Shown here: one piece after another, positions 13,801-28,800 of the stretch
Layout: each line of letters opens with the position of its first letter
How positions within the stretch are numbered: position 1 is the stretch's first letter
NCBI RefSeq assembly: GCF_964355755.1
Contig: NC_092676.1
Coordinates: 25,004,871 to 25,068,870, forward strand
DNA from: Antedon mediterranea
Lineage: Eukaryota; Animalia; Echinodermata
Direction: 5' to 3'
DNA length: 64,000 bases
Position numbers and translations under genes: made by a program
Notes under the pieces: generated by a model
What the model saw: the letters and a program-made list of their open reading frames with translations, nothing else
Database searches by the model: none
What the model was told of the DNA's origin: nothing

Positions 13801-16800
13801 CGTTCTCTCAAATTATTAGAATTAACAGATATTAATATTTTCCAACAATGTTTATTTATTTACAAAAGCCAAAATGGTCTTCTTCCATCTCATCTACGCG
13901 ATATGTTTTCTCCCAATTATGAATTTCACGGCTATTCCACAAGAATCCTCAATAACCTTCATATTCCTAAACACAAAAAGACTTCTTTTCAACATAATAT
14001 TAGATTTACTGGACCCAAGATATGGAACTCACTTCCTAACAAAATTACAACTTCTGCAAACAAACATAGCTTCGTCTTTAACACTAAACAATATCTAATA
14101 CAAAAGTAAAATAAATAACTAGTTATATTCTAGGTATCAGTTTTTTATTGTTTTCATATTCCGTTATGGTAATTACTTTTATTCCTATATACCATTAATT
14201 ATCATTTACTAATTTGATTTTAGTTACTTTTTGTTTTTGTTCAGGCACTTTCAACACAAGCTTTTGCTTTTTAGAAATTGTGCCTCCTTCATAATATTGC
14301 TTTATTCATTTTAAAGATGAGAAAAAAAAAATTGTATTGTTTTAACTCTCTTTCTTCTCGTCATGAATTTTGTATTATATTATTTATTTTGTATATTATG
14401 AAGGAAATAAATGTTACTATGAAATGAAATAAAATATAGTTCAAAACTCAAAAAATACAAGATGGTTACAAAGAATGCTTGATGATTCAGGAACCTTGAA
14501 ATGAACTTTCTACCCCACAATAGTCTTGAAATAAAATAATTGCAGGAAAAAGGAACAGAATTGGAAAAAATTGTAGACGTCCACTTAGGTGGTGTTTGCT
14601 TGTTGTTGTTGTTGATTGATGTGAACGTTATGCTGGGAAAGCATAATCCAAATACGGGGCATCTTTCAAAAGTGGTTACTCTGTGGTTACTCCTTTCATG
14701 ATGCGAACATTAGTTCATAGATAGGGATAAGATGGACCAGTACACCGAGTAACCACTTTTGAAAGATGCCCCGTATTTGGATTATGCTTTCACAGCATAT
14801 TTGTGAGGCATCAAATCTCAATAATTAAATTTCAACAGCTCCTAAAATCACACTTTTTCATAATATTACTTAACTGTGCTATTTAGTTTTAGTAATTAAA
14901 AATGGTGTTAAGCTGTGATTAGTTTCTTTTACCTAAATCTTATCACCTTTTGTCAATGATACAGTATGTTTATTTTGTTTTTTGGCAATAAAGTAAAGTA
15001 AAATGTTGATGTGTATTAAAGATGCACTGGGTCAGATATGTATACTGAATTAAACTGTAAGTCCATATTTGAGAAGATTCGTTCTACCACCAGAACTGTG
15101 GTCGAGGAAAGTCTTGAACCTGTTTTTTTATTTTATGACTACTATGGTTTGCAGCGCTCCTTAACCACTCAACTATTCGACACGACTGTCCATAAACCTT
15201 AGAAAACCTCTTAAAATATAAAGTAATTGCTTTCTGCAACTACAGTATTATTTCACTCCTTTCATGATGATTAAAATGATTGCGATTAAAACATCTTGTT
15301 AATTTCCATTTTTTATAGATGAGAAAAGGTTGGATACAAGGCACGTGAAGTGAAACACACAATTTGTTTTCATTATATTCTACCAGAACATATTTACAGA
15401 TAACACCAATTTCACACTCGATAACGGTAACAATTTATGGCAATGACAATGGCTCAGGGGAAATTAAACTTTTTTATCCAGTAGCATACATTATAATGCT
15501 ATTATAATAGTTCAGTATGTTGACTTTTTTTCAAATGGTCAACATGCCCTTATTTGGCCAAATCATAAACTACTGCAACTTTTAGTTAGGTTCAACAGAA
15601 ACACACTGTATCTACTGTATGTGGGTATACTTAGGTTTGATTTGACATTGGGTATTCCTTGTGGTAAGATATATTGACCATCTTCCTTCTGTCACCAATT
15701 AGCTATCTCATAAGAAAATACTAGGACATGATCATTTAGGACACATACAAAATGAATTTATAATGTTGTTATCTATTTCAACCCCCCACTTTAACTGCTG
15801 TGCTCATCTATCTCTTATATATAGTCACATGCCAAATACAATCCGCAGCCTTCACCTTCCGTCATCCTTACATTGTTATTTTCCCTTGAAATGCGTGATA
15901 AATACAGATGAATCCTAATAATCATTGTGTTCTATGATAGTACCGACACTAAAAAAGGGTGACAGGAAAAAAATATGCAAGAAACGACCGTATCAATTGT
16001 CAGACGAACGCGTTTATGGTTTTTAATGTTTAAAAAACGCATTCATGTGTATGTTCATTGGTGGTTGAAAACACAAGGGAAATTATAAAGATGCGAAATT
16101 TAATGACTAAAGCCTTCTGTAGAATGTTATAGACAAAATGGGAATAGTTTGTTATGAACAATGTCAGGCACACTGTATTATCTTGGAAAGCTAGTGCTGA
16201 TTTCTCAATGGTATTAAAACATTAGTTGGAAAAAAGTTCATTTTTTTGTTCATTACTGCCGTATAAGACCCGAGTATACCGTACTGGATTATAATCCCAT
16301 GCTCGAGTCTAATCCCATGCTCGAGTCTAATTACATGCTCTAGTATAATCCCATGTTCGAGTAAATCCCATGCCTGAGTATAATCCCAGGCTGAAGTATA
16401 ATCCCATGCTTGAGTATAATCCCATGCTCGAGTCTAATCCCATGCTCGAATCTAATCCCATGCTCGAGTCTAATCCCATGCTCTAGTATAAACCCATGTT
16501 CGAGTAAATCCATGCTTGAGTATAATCCCATGCTGTAGTATAATCCCATGCTCGAGTATAATCCCATGCTCGAATCTAATCCCATGCTCGAGTCTAATCC
16601 CATGCTCTAGTATAAACCCATGTTCGAGTAAATCCATGCTTGAGTATAATCCCATGCTGTAGTATAATCCCATGCTCGAGTAAATCCATGCTCGAGTTTA
16701 ATCCCATTCTCTAGTATAGTCCTATGCTTGAGTATAATCTCATGTTCGATTATAATCCCATGCTCGAGTATAATCCCACACCCAATCCCACACAAGAATT

Positions 16801-19800
16801 CAATGTTAATCCTAATATAATCCCATACCAGCCTAATCTTCACACAATTCCATAACCATGCCCCTTGACCATATGAACGGACATATACGGTACTAGTTAG
16901 GGAGTTTGTAAGCGCAAGTTTGACAATGCCTCAACTGATTTTCAACAAGTGAAAAATAGTTACTACCAATCTTCTATTTGACAATGGCCAAAATGGATAC
17001 TCTTACTAAATCAAAACAGTTACTACTACAGTAGTTTGGGATATCCCTATACTCTATTAAGGAACACTTTCCCATAAAAAGAACAAGCTCAAATATATGT
17101 TTTGAAATTAGGATCAACCTCTACAAAAGAGGAATTTCTTTGTTGGGTATCGGCGTTTGTTTTGCGCCGACTTATTACGTAACAGCATTCTTCATAATAT
17201 ATTTATTTACATTACGTAATGAACTGTATTGACATTCTCACCAGACTTTAATGATTAATTGTAAACAACTTTCCATGAGTGAATATTATTGTAATATTTA
17301 CAAAAATTATTATTACTTCTCATTAGTTACACCATTGTTTTTTTAACATTTTATTTCTTAAAAAGATATGTTGTTATAATAACAATCATATCACCCACAC
17401 AATGAGATTGACTTATAAATACATAATATAGTTAGTATGATCAATTATTTTATCAACATACAGTATTCATTATCGTAATTACGGTATTTAAAATGTTGTA
17501 GATGATGGTGTATATAAAAAATTTAGACTTGCATGTAAAGGTGTATGGCTAATTGTGGACAATGACATTTATTCGTATATGACCCTACAATCATTTAAAC
17601 ATTAACAGTTTTTTGTACATAATATTGATAAAAGATCGTTGCAGTTGTATTTGTATTTTATTGTGCATGGCCCATAAGGGAATAACAACTATGAGTTCAT
17701 ATGGGCCTCCTAGTTAAATAAAATTGAAATAACTACATTTTTTTTAAAAATGCTATCATTTTGTAAATTGAAATTTTTGAAGTCTTATATTTCTTTCTGA
17801 AATACACTTTTTGGAAAAATTTGGAATTTTAATTTTTTTCTTTCTAGCTTCTTCCGACAGACTCCAATGATGGAACTCTATTTTGCTGTGTCCTGTATAC
17901 ATGTCTCTTATTTTTTATAGTGATATTATTTAGTTACGTAATTATTTTTATATAAGAAAAAATATTTTTGATTTGTAAAATCAATCTATTATAAATGGAA
18001 ATGAATAAAGACAGAAATAATAATACCAATCCACTTTTTTTTTACAAAATCGGCTTAAAAATATTAGTAAGATTTCAATTACTACTTCACTGAGTGTAAA
18101 AACCCTATTCAGTAGTAATAGACTTTGTTACTAGGCAACTATAAACAGATTAAAAAGTTGTTATGACTTGTATATTATTGATTTTAAAAGAAGTACAATG
18201 TAGTACAGTATATGATAACATTCAACATGAAGTACAATAAATGCGTTTTAAATATATGAATATTTATATAATTTGAAATAAATTGAAAACAAATCAAATA
18301 CTATAGGAGATAATAAACTTGATTGAACTGAACTCAATAAGCCTACTAACTTCTTAAATAGTCGCCAATACGGCGTAATATAGCCGGATATAAAATCGTA
18401 AGTGACTGAACTACATCAGGGAACACAAGTGGAGATGGGCAAGCTAAGATTTGGATGGCGTATAAAGGATGTTGAAGATGAAGCAGACAAAGGAGATGAC
18501 ATATTTTGGCTTTCAAAAATTGGCCAAAAAAAAACAAACCGGAAGATATAAAAGCATGAATAAATCTCCTGTACATATCAAACGACAACTGGAAACAGTC
18601 GTATAATCCTACAATAAGTTTTCAAGAGCCACTATTTTGTACTGATAGAGAATGTATGGCATAAATTTACATCTCTATATAATAATCAATGTGTCTTGTA
18701 TAAGCTCTCATTGATGGGCTTTACACCAAATAAGATGATAAATATTAAATTAACAGATAGAGTGTATAACACGAAAATATACGAGATAACAAAACAAGAA
18801 GAATGGAGTAAAAGGAGAAGGAGACTAAAATGGTAGGGACACATAATTAGATTACCGGATAATACTACCCCAATCAAACAAACAATGAAGGAAACTAACA
18901 GGAAAATAAAACGACCCGTAGGAAGACCAAGAAATAACTGGATGAATCAAATAAAGAAAAACTTACAAGGACAAGTAGACACTAACACAATAACAAACCA
19001 TCCTGCCATAAACAGAAAAAAATGGAAACAAATTGTGGAAAGCGTAATGTCGGAAGACGGAAAACGTTAACAACACACCAAATACATGGACTGTACTGAA
19101 CCACCTAATAAAATTCCCACAGCCAGTGGTTCGTACACACAGATTTTGAACTATTGACTATCAATGATAAATAGGCCAGTATATGATGATGTATGTTTTG
19201 CCAATTCTCTACGTTACCAGCAGTCAAATTTCATATACTTTATCTACAGTATGTCGATAGTGGTACGCTTAAAGATCTGTCTAAACTATCAAACTGTATG
19301 TGACAAAACAATGTGATGTGCCCATATATGGACATGATGAAATATCACTACCATATTTGGGCATCACTACCATATTTGGGTACATCACACTTTGTTTGTC
19401 AAATTAGTTTGATAGTGTACACAGAGCTTTATTCTCACTTAGACTTTTTAGGCGAAAAAAGAATACCCCTGTAACAATCCAATGTCTTACCTTTGTTTAG
19501 AGTTATGGTCAGCTAGGCAGTATGCATGATAAAAGAGAAAAGCCTTAGAAGACATCTCCAGAAACACAGACTGGATATAGGCTAAAAAACTAACATCACT
19601 ACGAAGAAGCCTACATTGAGCCACTAAGGTTTGAAGATAGTTGCCCTGAAATAAAAACAAAACTTTGTTTACACTTGTTATATTGTTAAAGACTTCAAAT
19701 TAACTTCAAGTTAAACATTTTTTTCCACAACTTTTAAACAATAAAACTTAATTTACACACATAAATATCCATAAGCAACAATTTGCATAGACTATACCTT

Positions 19801-22800
19801 ATATGGTGGTGTATACATCACTTGCTTATCAAAATCAAATATGGAAACATAGTTCCTAACGACGCCTGGAATGACACGATGTAGAGAACCTTCTTTGGCT
19901 AAACCGACAAGTTTTATTCTTCCTACGTCTGCTATCGTTACAGGTTTTGTGTACCATGGAATAATCTGCGAATGACTGCAAGAAGAAGAAACAATCAAAA
20001 ATTAAGTGCTCAGATGCTGCTGGTTTAGGAATGCTAAGTGGCCCTCCAATGCTGGAGGAATCAGGAGTTTTCAGCCTTTTCGACATATTTTAAAGTCTTA
20101 TTGTTTCCTCTGGGCCCTGCTTAGGGACCCCATAAGCTCCGGGACCCCTGGGTTTAGTCAGTGAGCAATTATACATGTTAAAACACTGATGTGCCCATAA
20201 TGTCAAATCACTACCATATTTTTTCTTTATACAATGCATGTATCGACTGTAATGTCTCTGTGAAAATATATTTATCTTCTTTATGGGTTTATTATATACT
20301 TAAGTAAAATGTAATTACCTTTCGACAAAATAAATAAACTGGTTGATACATATTTTAGCAGTAGTATAAATAATAGCTACAGGCTATAAAAAGTCTATTT
20401 AAATACCATCGCAATCTATTAATATTATATAGTTGTATTTAACTAGGCCTACAGTAAATTGCAACATATAAAAGATCCCTTGACACGAAAGAAATAAATA
20501 TTAATGGTTCAAATTTGATCTACCTAATTATTTAACATAAATATGCCGTATTAATCGACATGACCTAATTATTTTTTTTATCTCCATGTTAAAATGTAAA
20601 TTTGATATACTATATATATTTTATTTTTTCTTTATATTTATTTTTCTTCTTCTAGTGATATATTCTAGACACAAGCTTAGACACCAGTGGTATTAATTCC
20701 CATTTAACAACAGCGAAAATATAAGTTTAACACTACTGCAGCCAACTCTTATCCAGGGGACAATTTGTTTGGTCCAGAAGATGTCCCTTTAACAGAGGTT
20801 CTACTGTATTTATATTTTTTGCAGCATAGGTATTTTACCAGATGACAATCCATGCTATATTCTCATATTATTATTCTCTAATAATCATATCAACGTTTGT
20901 TTCCTAGCCATATTTATATATAACATTTAGGACAAAATCATTGTTAAAACAGTGTTACCAAAGGCTATGAAAATGTTAAAGACAGTTTACATAATTACCT
21001 ATATCCTTTCAGAGGCGACAGGAATTGTTCTATATTGTATTCCCTGTGTTCAACACAAGATATCACAGGTATGCTGGACCTGTCACATATAGTACATATC
21101 CAGGTTAGTTTTTTTATATTTCTCCGGGGACAATTTACTCATTTGAATTGACATTAATTAAAGTGTCATTGAAATAATTTGGGAAATTAATATCTAAAGG
21201 GCATATAAGATAATGCAGGTGGTACACACTGTACTTAATTAATCACTTATGTTTTCTTTATCAATAAATGTACAGTAAGTTCTATCTTCTTTTTTTTTTT
21301 TTACTATAATAATAACAACAACATTTATTCCACACCAACAGACAGTTTACATTGTTTATGGGTCAAGACACACAGAAGCCAAAGTGGCTTGTCTTTGTAG
21401 TCCCTAAGCATAAAATATAAAACATAGACGGACGCATTACAATTACAAAAAAATGACATTTTGAGACAAAAAAAGAGAAAAACAATGTGAGATCAAGCAA
21501 AATAGTTACAACTCCATGATGCAGTGTACCCCTCCAATTTGGACCACCGTCGGATTTCAGAGATCTGGCTCCTGATGTCTACGGCTGACTTTGGCAGACA
21601 GCCGAAGCCGTCAGTCAGTCCTGGACATCCCCGGCTTCTATTTAGGCTGTACAGTGTGTTCTACACCGATTGGATGAGGAGTGGACTGGTTCACAATTGG
21701 AGGGGTCATGCGTCTTAAGGTCTTAATATGAATTCTATCCAGCATAATATATGATATATTCAATAAGTTGTATTTTCCCATTTTATAATTAATTGTATGC
21801 AGTATACATATAATAATAAGCCTCTGTTGAGACACCCATATTAAACAAACAATAAACAATTGATTTGATTTGATTTATTTCGGCATCAGTACATAAAATA
21901 TCACAGACATACAATTAAAATTGGCAAATATAAAAAATACCAATATAAAACAAGAATGCCAAGGATAACTCATAAAAGTCCTCTACGGACTTGTTTCCAA
22001 TGAGGTCCTTTGAAAGAACAGCAAAAAAGACAAACAAAGCAACATAATAAAAATTACAAAAAACAGCAAAAAGGACAATCGAAAAAAGAAGAAGCGCTAA
22101 TTAAATAGTTTCTAGAGCTAGTGAACGTTCCTGTAGATACTTTTTAACTTTACTTTTAAAACAACAAACAGTTTGTGATTCCTTAATGTTAATTGGTAAA
22201 TTATTCCATTCTTTAATAGCATTGTAAAAAAAGGTCACATGTGCCATTGGCTTGATAGTTGGGATTCTAAAATTAAAATTGCATCCCCTAGTATTGTAAT
22301 TATGACTGTCTGAAATTCTAATAAAACGATTGCATAAATAAGGTGGACAACAATGATTATATATTTTAAAAACATGACAGACTCTAAGAAATTCGACACG
22401 GTCTTGGACTTTTAACATACCAACGTCGTTTAGCTGAGATTGACCAACATGAGATCGGGGACCTAACAAATAAGCAACTCCTACTAAATATTTTATATTG
22501 GTGATTTTCAATGTGTTTATGTATAGCTATTTTAAAAAATTTGAATTTCTCGGTGAAATGGATTTTAAGACAGTGTGGCACAATGAATAATGATGTAAGG
22601 GTCATGCAGCTGATAATAGGACTGTTTAAACTTTAAAATGTTAAAACATTGCCCTTTTCTTTGCCATATAACAATCTTTCTAAAATATAATCTGTCAGAA
22701 AAACTTTATAAAGGAGTCAAATTTTGTAATAGTTTGACATCACCCTTCAATCATAACTAAGTCTATGGTTGATGACATATCAAATGTTAAATCTTTAACT

Positions 22801-25800
22801 GGTTTCACCACAAGGGGCAATATTTAGAATTTTCCAATGTAATTTAAAGTTAAATAAATTAAAATTTTATGCAATATACAACATAAAACTTGGCGTCATA
22901 CTAAATTCCTACTGTACATAGTGTCAATTAAACGGGTCATGAACAAGTTAAAATTGCCATAAACCAGCATAATAATTTATTAGAAAAAGAGTGGCGAGTT
23001 CATACTTCATAAACTTTAGCACATAAATAATAATAAATATCGCCTGCTGGCTTTACAGTAAACTATTTTTATCACTAATTTATTTTTATGAAAAAAAGTT
23101 TTAAATGTTATACTCTATTGCAATATAAAAATTGTAGGCCTACACATAATAACAGACAGGATTCAATGTTGGGTTACAATCCTAAGATACACTATAATTA
23201 CACAAAATGTTTACTAGTACTTATACTGATGGTTAAACAAAAATAATTGATAATAAATCATTATTTCAGAAGAAAGAACAATACTTAAAAGCATCAAAAA
23301 GTCGGAGCAGCGTTTTTTGTAAGAAATATTTCTTGTTTTACTACGATGTCTATACTCAAGCTTGGTTCATGCTAGGGCACAAGTCGCAACGTATTACTGA
23401 ATTGACCAGTCAAAAGCGATGGGTTATTCCAATTGTCACTTGTGATTGGTCAATTCGCTTGCGTTGTGGCTTATGTCCTTATGTTGCGTTCTAGTAGGAA
23501 CCAAGCATTAATTGCAAATAACTTAGGACAATTTCAAGTACTCTAAAATATAGATAGGCGTTTTTTCATTGAACTAAAATGTGTTTTTCAAAATCCATAT
23601 TTGACGGGAATACAACTTTCCCAAACAACCCAACCGTTTCTGAAGTCAAATTTATCTTTGTAAGTTACAGTATGTAATGTAATGGGAAAAAAATGAACTA
23701 ATATGCACATTCAATTGCCATACGATTATTAAATATCATATCGGTTTTAACAGTTCAACGTGTTTTATTAAAGTTACTTCGATTGAATTTTAATTACCTT
23801 TTCAGAAATTTGATGGCCAAATAATTACGGATAATTCATATGTAGAGCAGTATAGATGATAGTTTTTAACCTTTCTCAAAGGTACTCTATATAATTTAAC
23901 ATTTAGAATTCTAAAGAGGTGATGCTATATTTAACATTGACTTTCTCAAGAATATCATAGATAAGTCCACATTCAAAAGTCAATTAAAGAGGTGATGTTA
24001 TTTCTAACCTTTAACTTCTTGAAAGATCTGTCATTTTATTACCTTACTAAGCTTGTCGTCTTATTTTGACGTCACATATTTTGGTTAAGAATATTAACAA
24101 CATTTTAAAATAAACAGAAAATATTGTTCACATAGTTATAAAAACAACAGTTGGTTGGTCCAACGTTTTGCCCCTTGTGTGACATAAAATATACTTGATA
24201 TATAAAAATTAATTAATAATTAATTAAAGAAGTAAACAAATGGATCAGAGAACCAACAAAAGTGAATGATGCAGTAAAGAGAGAAAAATGTACAAATAGA
24301 AGTGCATATTTTAGTCTTTTATTTTTAGCTCCAGGGCCACATGTAGCATGGGCACATCCATATCTGATATGTGTTATGTATATATCAAATATTCCTATAC
24401 TCAGATCTTGGTATCTTGTTCGGCTAATCTAGTGGGCACGGCATCTAGGAAGGATACACGATGGTACAATAGATATAATTGACAACGGAGTGGCCAACAT
24501 TTATGGGAAAAGAAGGAGGGCTAGACCTCATTCAAGATGGAGAAATGAGCTCATTAGACCAGTGCAACAGCATGGCCAAGAACAACTGGCACCAGTTGGG
24601 AGAGGCCTTTGCTCAGCAGTGGGACGATATAGGCTTAAGAAGAAAGAAGTAATTTTCTGGTCATAACTCAATTTATTTCCATCATTTTCGATACAATTTA
24701 GAAGGAATTAAACATACCTGGAATGGCCTGGTATAAACACACACAATGCTGTTATCAAATGCTTAATTTCTCTGAAATGAAAAAGCAAAATTGACTATTA
24801 TCTATCTATATTATTTTCAGTGAATTGTTAGGAGCGTGGTTGAGTGCTGTTCTTTAAATAAATGGCATACGATCAAATATTCATTAAATTATATATTTTA
24901 TAATTATATCATGTTTTATTCAAGGCACTACACAATTTTTTGTAAATGTTTTTTTTTTATTTATTTATTTATTTATTACAATATAAAAACATATATATAC
25001 AAAAAGCATAAGAAGCTGAAAGTATTGCATTTACATAAAACTGTATAAAAAGTACACAAAAACGTCAAAACATTAACATATGAAAAATATCAATACATTA
25101 AGTAATAAAAATGTATACAAAAAACATTCAAACACGAAATAGTCAATTGTTAACAATAAAAATTAATAAAACGTGATGTTCTTACTTTTGGTGCTTTGGA
25201 TGCCCTGTGATGATTACCGTTCGCCCAGAGAATAAGGCATAAATTAGATGTATTGAAAATGAATATTGATTCAGAATTTTTCTTAATTTACAACCTAAAA
25301 AAAGAAAATTCACTTTAAGGATATATTGTTACCTTAAAATTTAAAAACAGATTTTGTTGATGTCATTTTAATGTCACGTAATAGTTATTCACTTTGATAA
25401 AAAATATATTGGAAAACAATTATCTAGAATTTAAAATTATGCAGCCTTTTGGGTAGTACTATACCCACAGAAAGCCTGGTTCAGGAAAAAAATGATTGTT
25501 AAGCATTTCTTGTAAAAACTCATCTGAACTGGCTTTATCCACACCAAAAGTCTACACCCGGGGAATATGTTTGTGAAATTAGACAAGAGTTCTGCAGTGC
25601 TGACGTCACGACGGTAGGTGACGCTGCGTGGTTGATAGCCAACCAAAAATGTGTTCAACCTGCCTGAGTGACTCCAAGGTCCATTAATGGTTTGGAATAG
25701 GCTTATTGAAGTTATAGTCATTTAATAATAATACTGCATACTTCGCAGCACCATCTATTGTTGTGACGTCACACTGCAGAATTCTATAGTATGTAAAGTT

Positions 25801-28800
25801 TCACAAACAAAAGTGTGATGTGCCCATGGTAATAATATGGTAGTGACATGCTTAAATATGGTAGTAATATGACATCTTCATGTCCATATATGGGCATATC
25901 ACTTTTTTTTTTTTGATAGTGTAGACAGAGCTTAATACTCGGTACTGTCACAATTCGTATTACATTATTGGACTTAATTTGAACTGAACATTAAATGACT
26001 GCACACTTACCCGGAAACAATCATAATTCTAAATAAGCTTCTGTTCATAAAAACAATTCAAAGAAAATACATTTAAGATTAATCTTTAAAAGTATCTATT
26101 TTATTAATATATACCGAGTCAAGATTAAGTTACAAAATAATTTAACTCTTAACCTGATGATAATAGTTTATTAGAATATTTTATGAGCCAGTCTGTGTAA
26201 AATCCTATTAACTGATAGAAAATCTTACACAGAAGATCAAATGCTTAAAAATTAATGTCTCCTTGTAAAAAAAATTCCCAGAAATACAACTATAAAATTC
26301 TATCAAATAATGGAAGATCGAGTATGGAGTAAATTACACCAGTTTAATTTACTCATTACTATCAAACTAAAAGACGTCAAATGATTTAAAGTAATTTAAC
26401 ACTAAACATGCCAACTACAAATCTCAATATTCTAAGAACGACTGTAGTTAAAAACCATAAAATGAATATGTTTAATTCCAAAGATATGTCTTAATTTAAC
26501 ATTCAAATCAAATTATTTGGCGCTTCTTAAAATATTCTTATATGAATGAGATGCATCATTAGTAAGGTTGAATTGAGATGAAATCAAATTTTCCTTTAAA
26601 ATATTTCTAGGTAATTTTATGCTGTTTTTTTAAGCATGCTGTAGCTTCGTCATCTCATACACTTTTGGTAGCCACTCTGACGTTTTTAGCAGCATCCTCC
26701 ATGTGCTGTTTAAAGATCTTTCCTCCCACCCTTAACGTTTGGTAGCCACTCTGGCTCTTTTTAGCAGCATATCCTCCTTGTGCTGTTTAAAGATCTTTCC
26801 TTCCACCCTTAACTTTTGATAGCCACTCTGGTTTTTATTAGCAGCATATCCTCCATGTGCTGTTTAAAGTTCTTTCTTCCCACCCTTAACTTTTGGCAAC
26901 CACTCTGAATCTTTTTAGCAACATATCCGCCTTGTGCTGTTTAAAGATCTTTCCTCCCACCCTTAACAACATTTTGTATAAAATGTAACAAAAATCCACA
27001 ACATGCTATTTGATAACACTTTTAAAAGAGTTCTACTTTTACAAATATAACTCTATTGAAAATACACAATTTGTTTGAAAAAAGTGTTTTGTACTGTATA
27101 CTAGTTTTACATCTTGTATGGCTGTACATATCTATTTATGCCTGGTTTATTGTATAAATAAGGTGTTCGTTGATGATATACATTTGTGTAAAAACCATCT
27201 TTATACCTCATATATATACAGTTGAATATTATACAAATAATGAATGTTTATGAGTGCAATGGTACAAATAATGGCACGAGGTGAATGATGAAAGGTTATA
27301 TCAACGAGGCAAAGCCGAGTTGATATAACCTTTCATCATTCACCAAGTGCCATTATTTGTACCATTACACGAATACAAAACATTCATTATTTGTTTTATA
27401 TAACATCTAGACGTTTTTTTTTTCGTACACAAAAATGTTTCAAAAAGTACTATTTAATGATCGTTGAATAGTGCGTACTATTGCACGCCATGTGACCCAC
27501 ATTCGTCCAATCAAATGACAGGAATTTATATAGGTGTTATATAAATACAAACTAGAATTAAATGCATTACTTGTAAGTAAATTACAGAAAATCTTGAAAT
27601 TAAACAGGACAATGTTTTAGCAAGAATTGTGTGTGTAGAGAAGTCTGAAATTCATTTGTTTATATTTTACTTCAACACATCATGTCTAAAACGCATTTTA
27701 AATCACAAGTTTCAAGATAGGGATTGTAATAAAACTGTATAAAGGCCAATTTACACAGACAAATGGAAAAACGGTAAGCTGAAACAAACATATAGAATGT
27801 TATTTCTTATTACCATTTACATATAAGGTCGAGCAGACAGGCAGTTCAGCGGTAACCCGCTCAGGATAGATGCAAATTTTATGTGGGATAACTACACGCT
27901 TTTCCAATCGTCTGTGTAAATTGGCCTTAACAATGGCTTTAAAGTTACTACAAAGAAGACAATTTCAGATTTGTAACATGATAAATGCGACTCCCATACC
28001 AAGGGGTCTGGTAACAAAACTGTGAAAACATAGATACTGAAGAATATGAAATTGTCTGCTGTATCATCATGACTAAAAAATGTTTAACAATGTGGGTGTG
28101 GGATTATATTCAAACATATATTTATACTCGGTCACAATCACACTTAAAGTCATTTTCTTTGTGTACTAATTTTATGTACTTATTTTTTTTTCTATTCCAT
28201 TTATTGAAATAATATGATATTGACGGTAACACCATGTCAACTCTCCCAATACCTCTCTCTCCCAAGACACCTTTGGGCTGGCCAAATATGTCTAGTTTTC
28301 CAGAAAGTCTGGTATTCGGAATGTGTTTGTAATGGTAAAATGAATTTGGGACCTTTTGGACTTCGGAAAAAGTCTGGTTTTGGGAGGGTTTTTCCAGTTT
28401 TCAGAGATTCCGATATTGTAAGAGTTGACATACAGTAGTGTTACCTTCAATATCATATTATAAAATGTTTTAATTTAAATGTAAATACCAGAAAGAAATA
28501 TAACAATTATACTTTTGATATAGTCATTTACCTGGAAATCTTGATGAATTTGAGGTGAGCCATGAAACATAACATCCAACCGGTACTTGAATGGGCTCTG
28601 ATGGAACATTAAATTTATCTAGGCTGTTACCAGATTCACATCGTATTAATACTGTAAAGAAAACCAAATTATGATGATATACACTTTTCTTCTGTTCCAT
28701 ATTGATGATTTTCAAGATAAAAAATTAATTTAGAACATATTTTATGTTTGCAAATATCACTCCAACTCAAACTTAAACTCTTCTGATTGGTATGCAGAAA

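Noticed and set aside
15090-15190. tRNA gene
   Set aside because: Only degenerate A/B boxes and no cloverleaf; treated as a SINE remnant.
16340-16843. ORFs with MGLYSS / EHGIIL repeats
   Set aside because: An 18-bp unit keeps frames open; no splice or start support.
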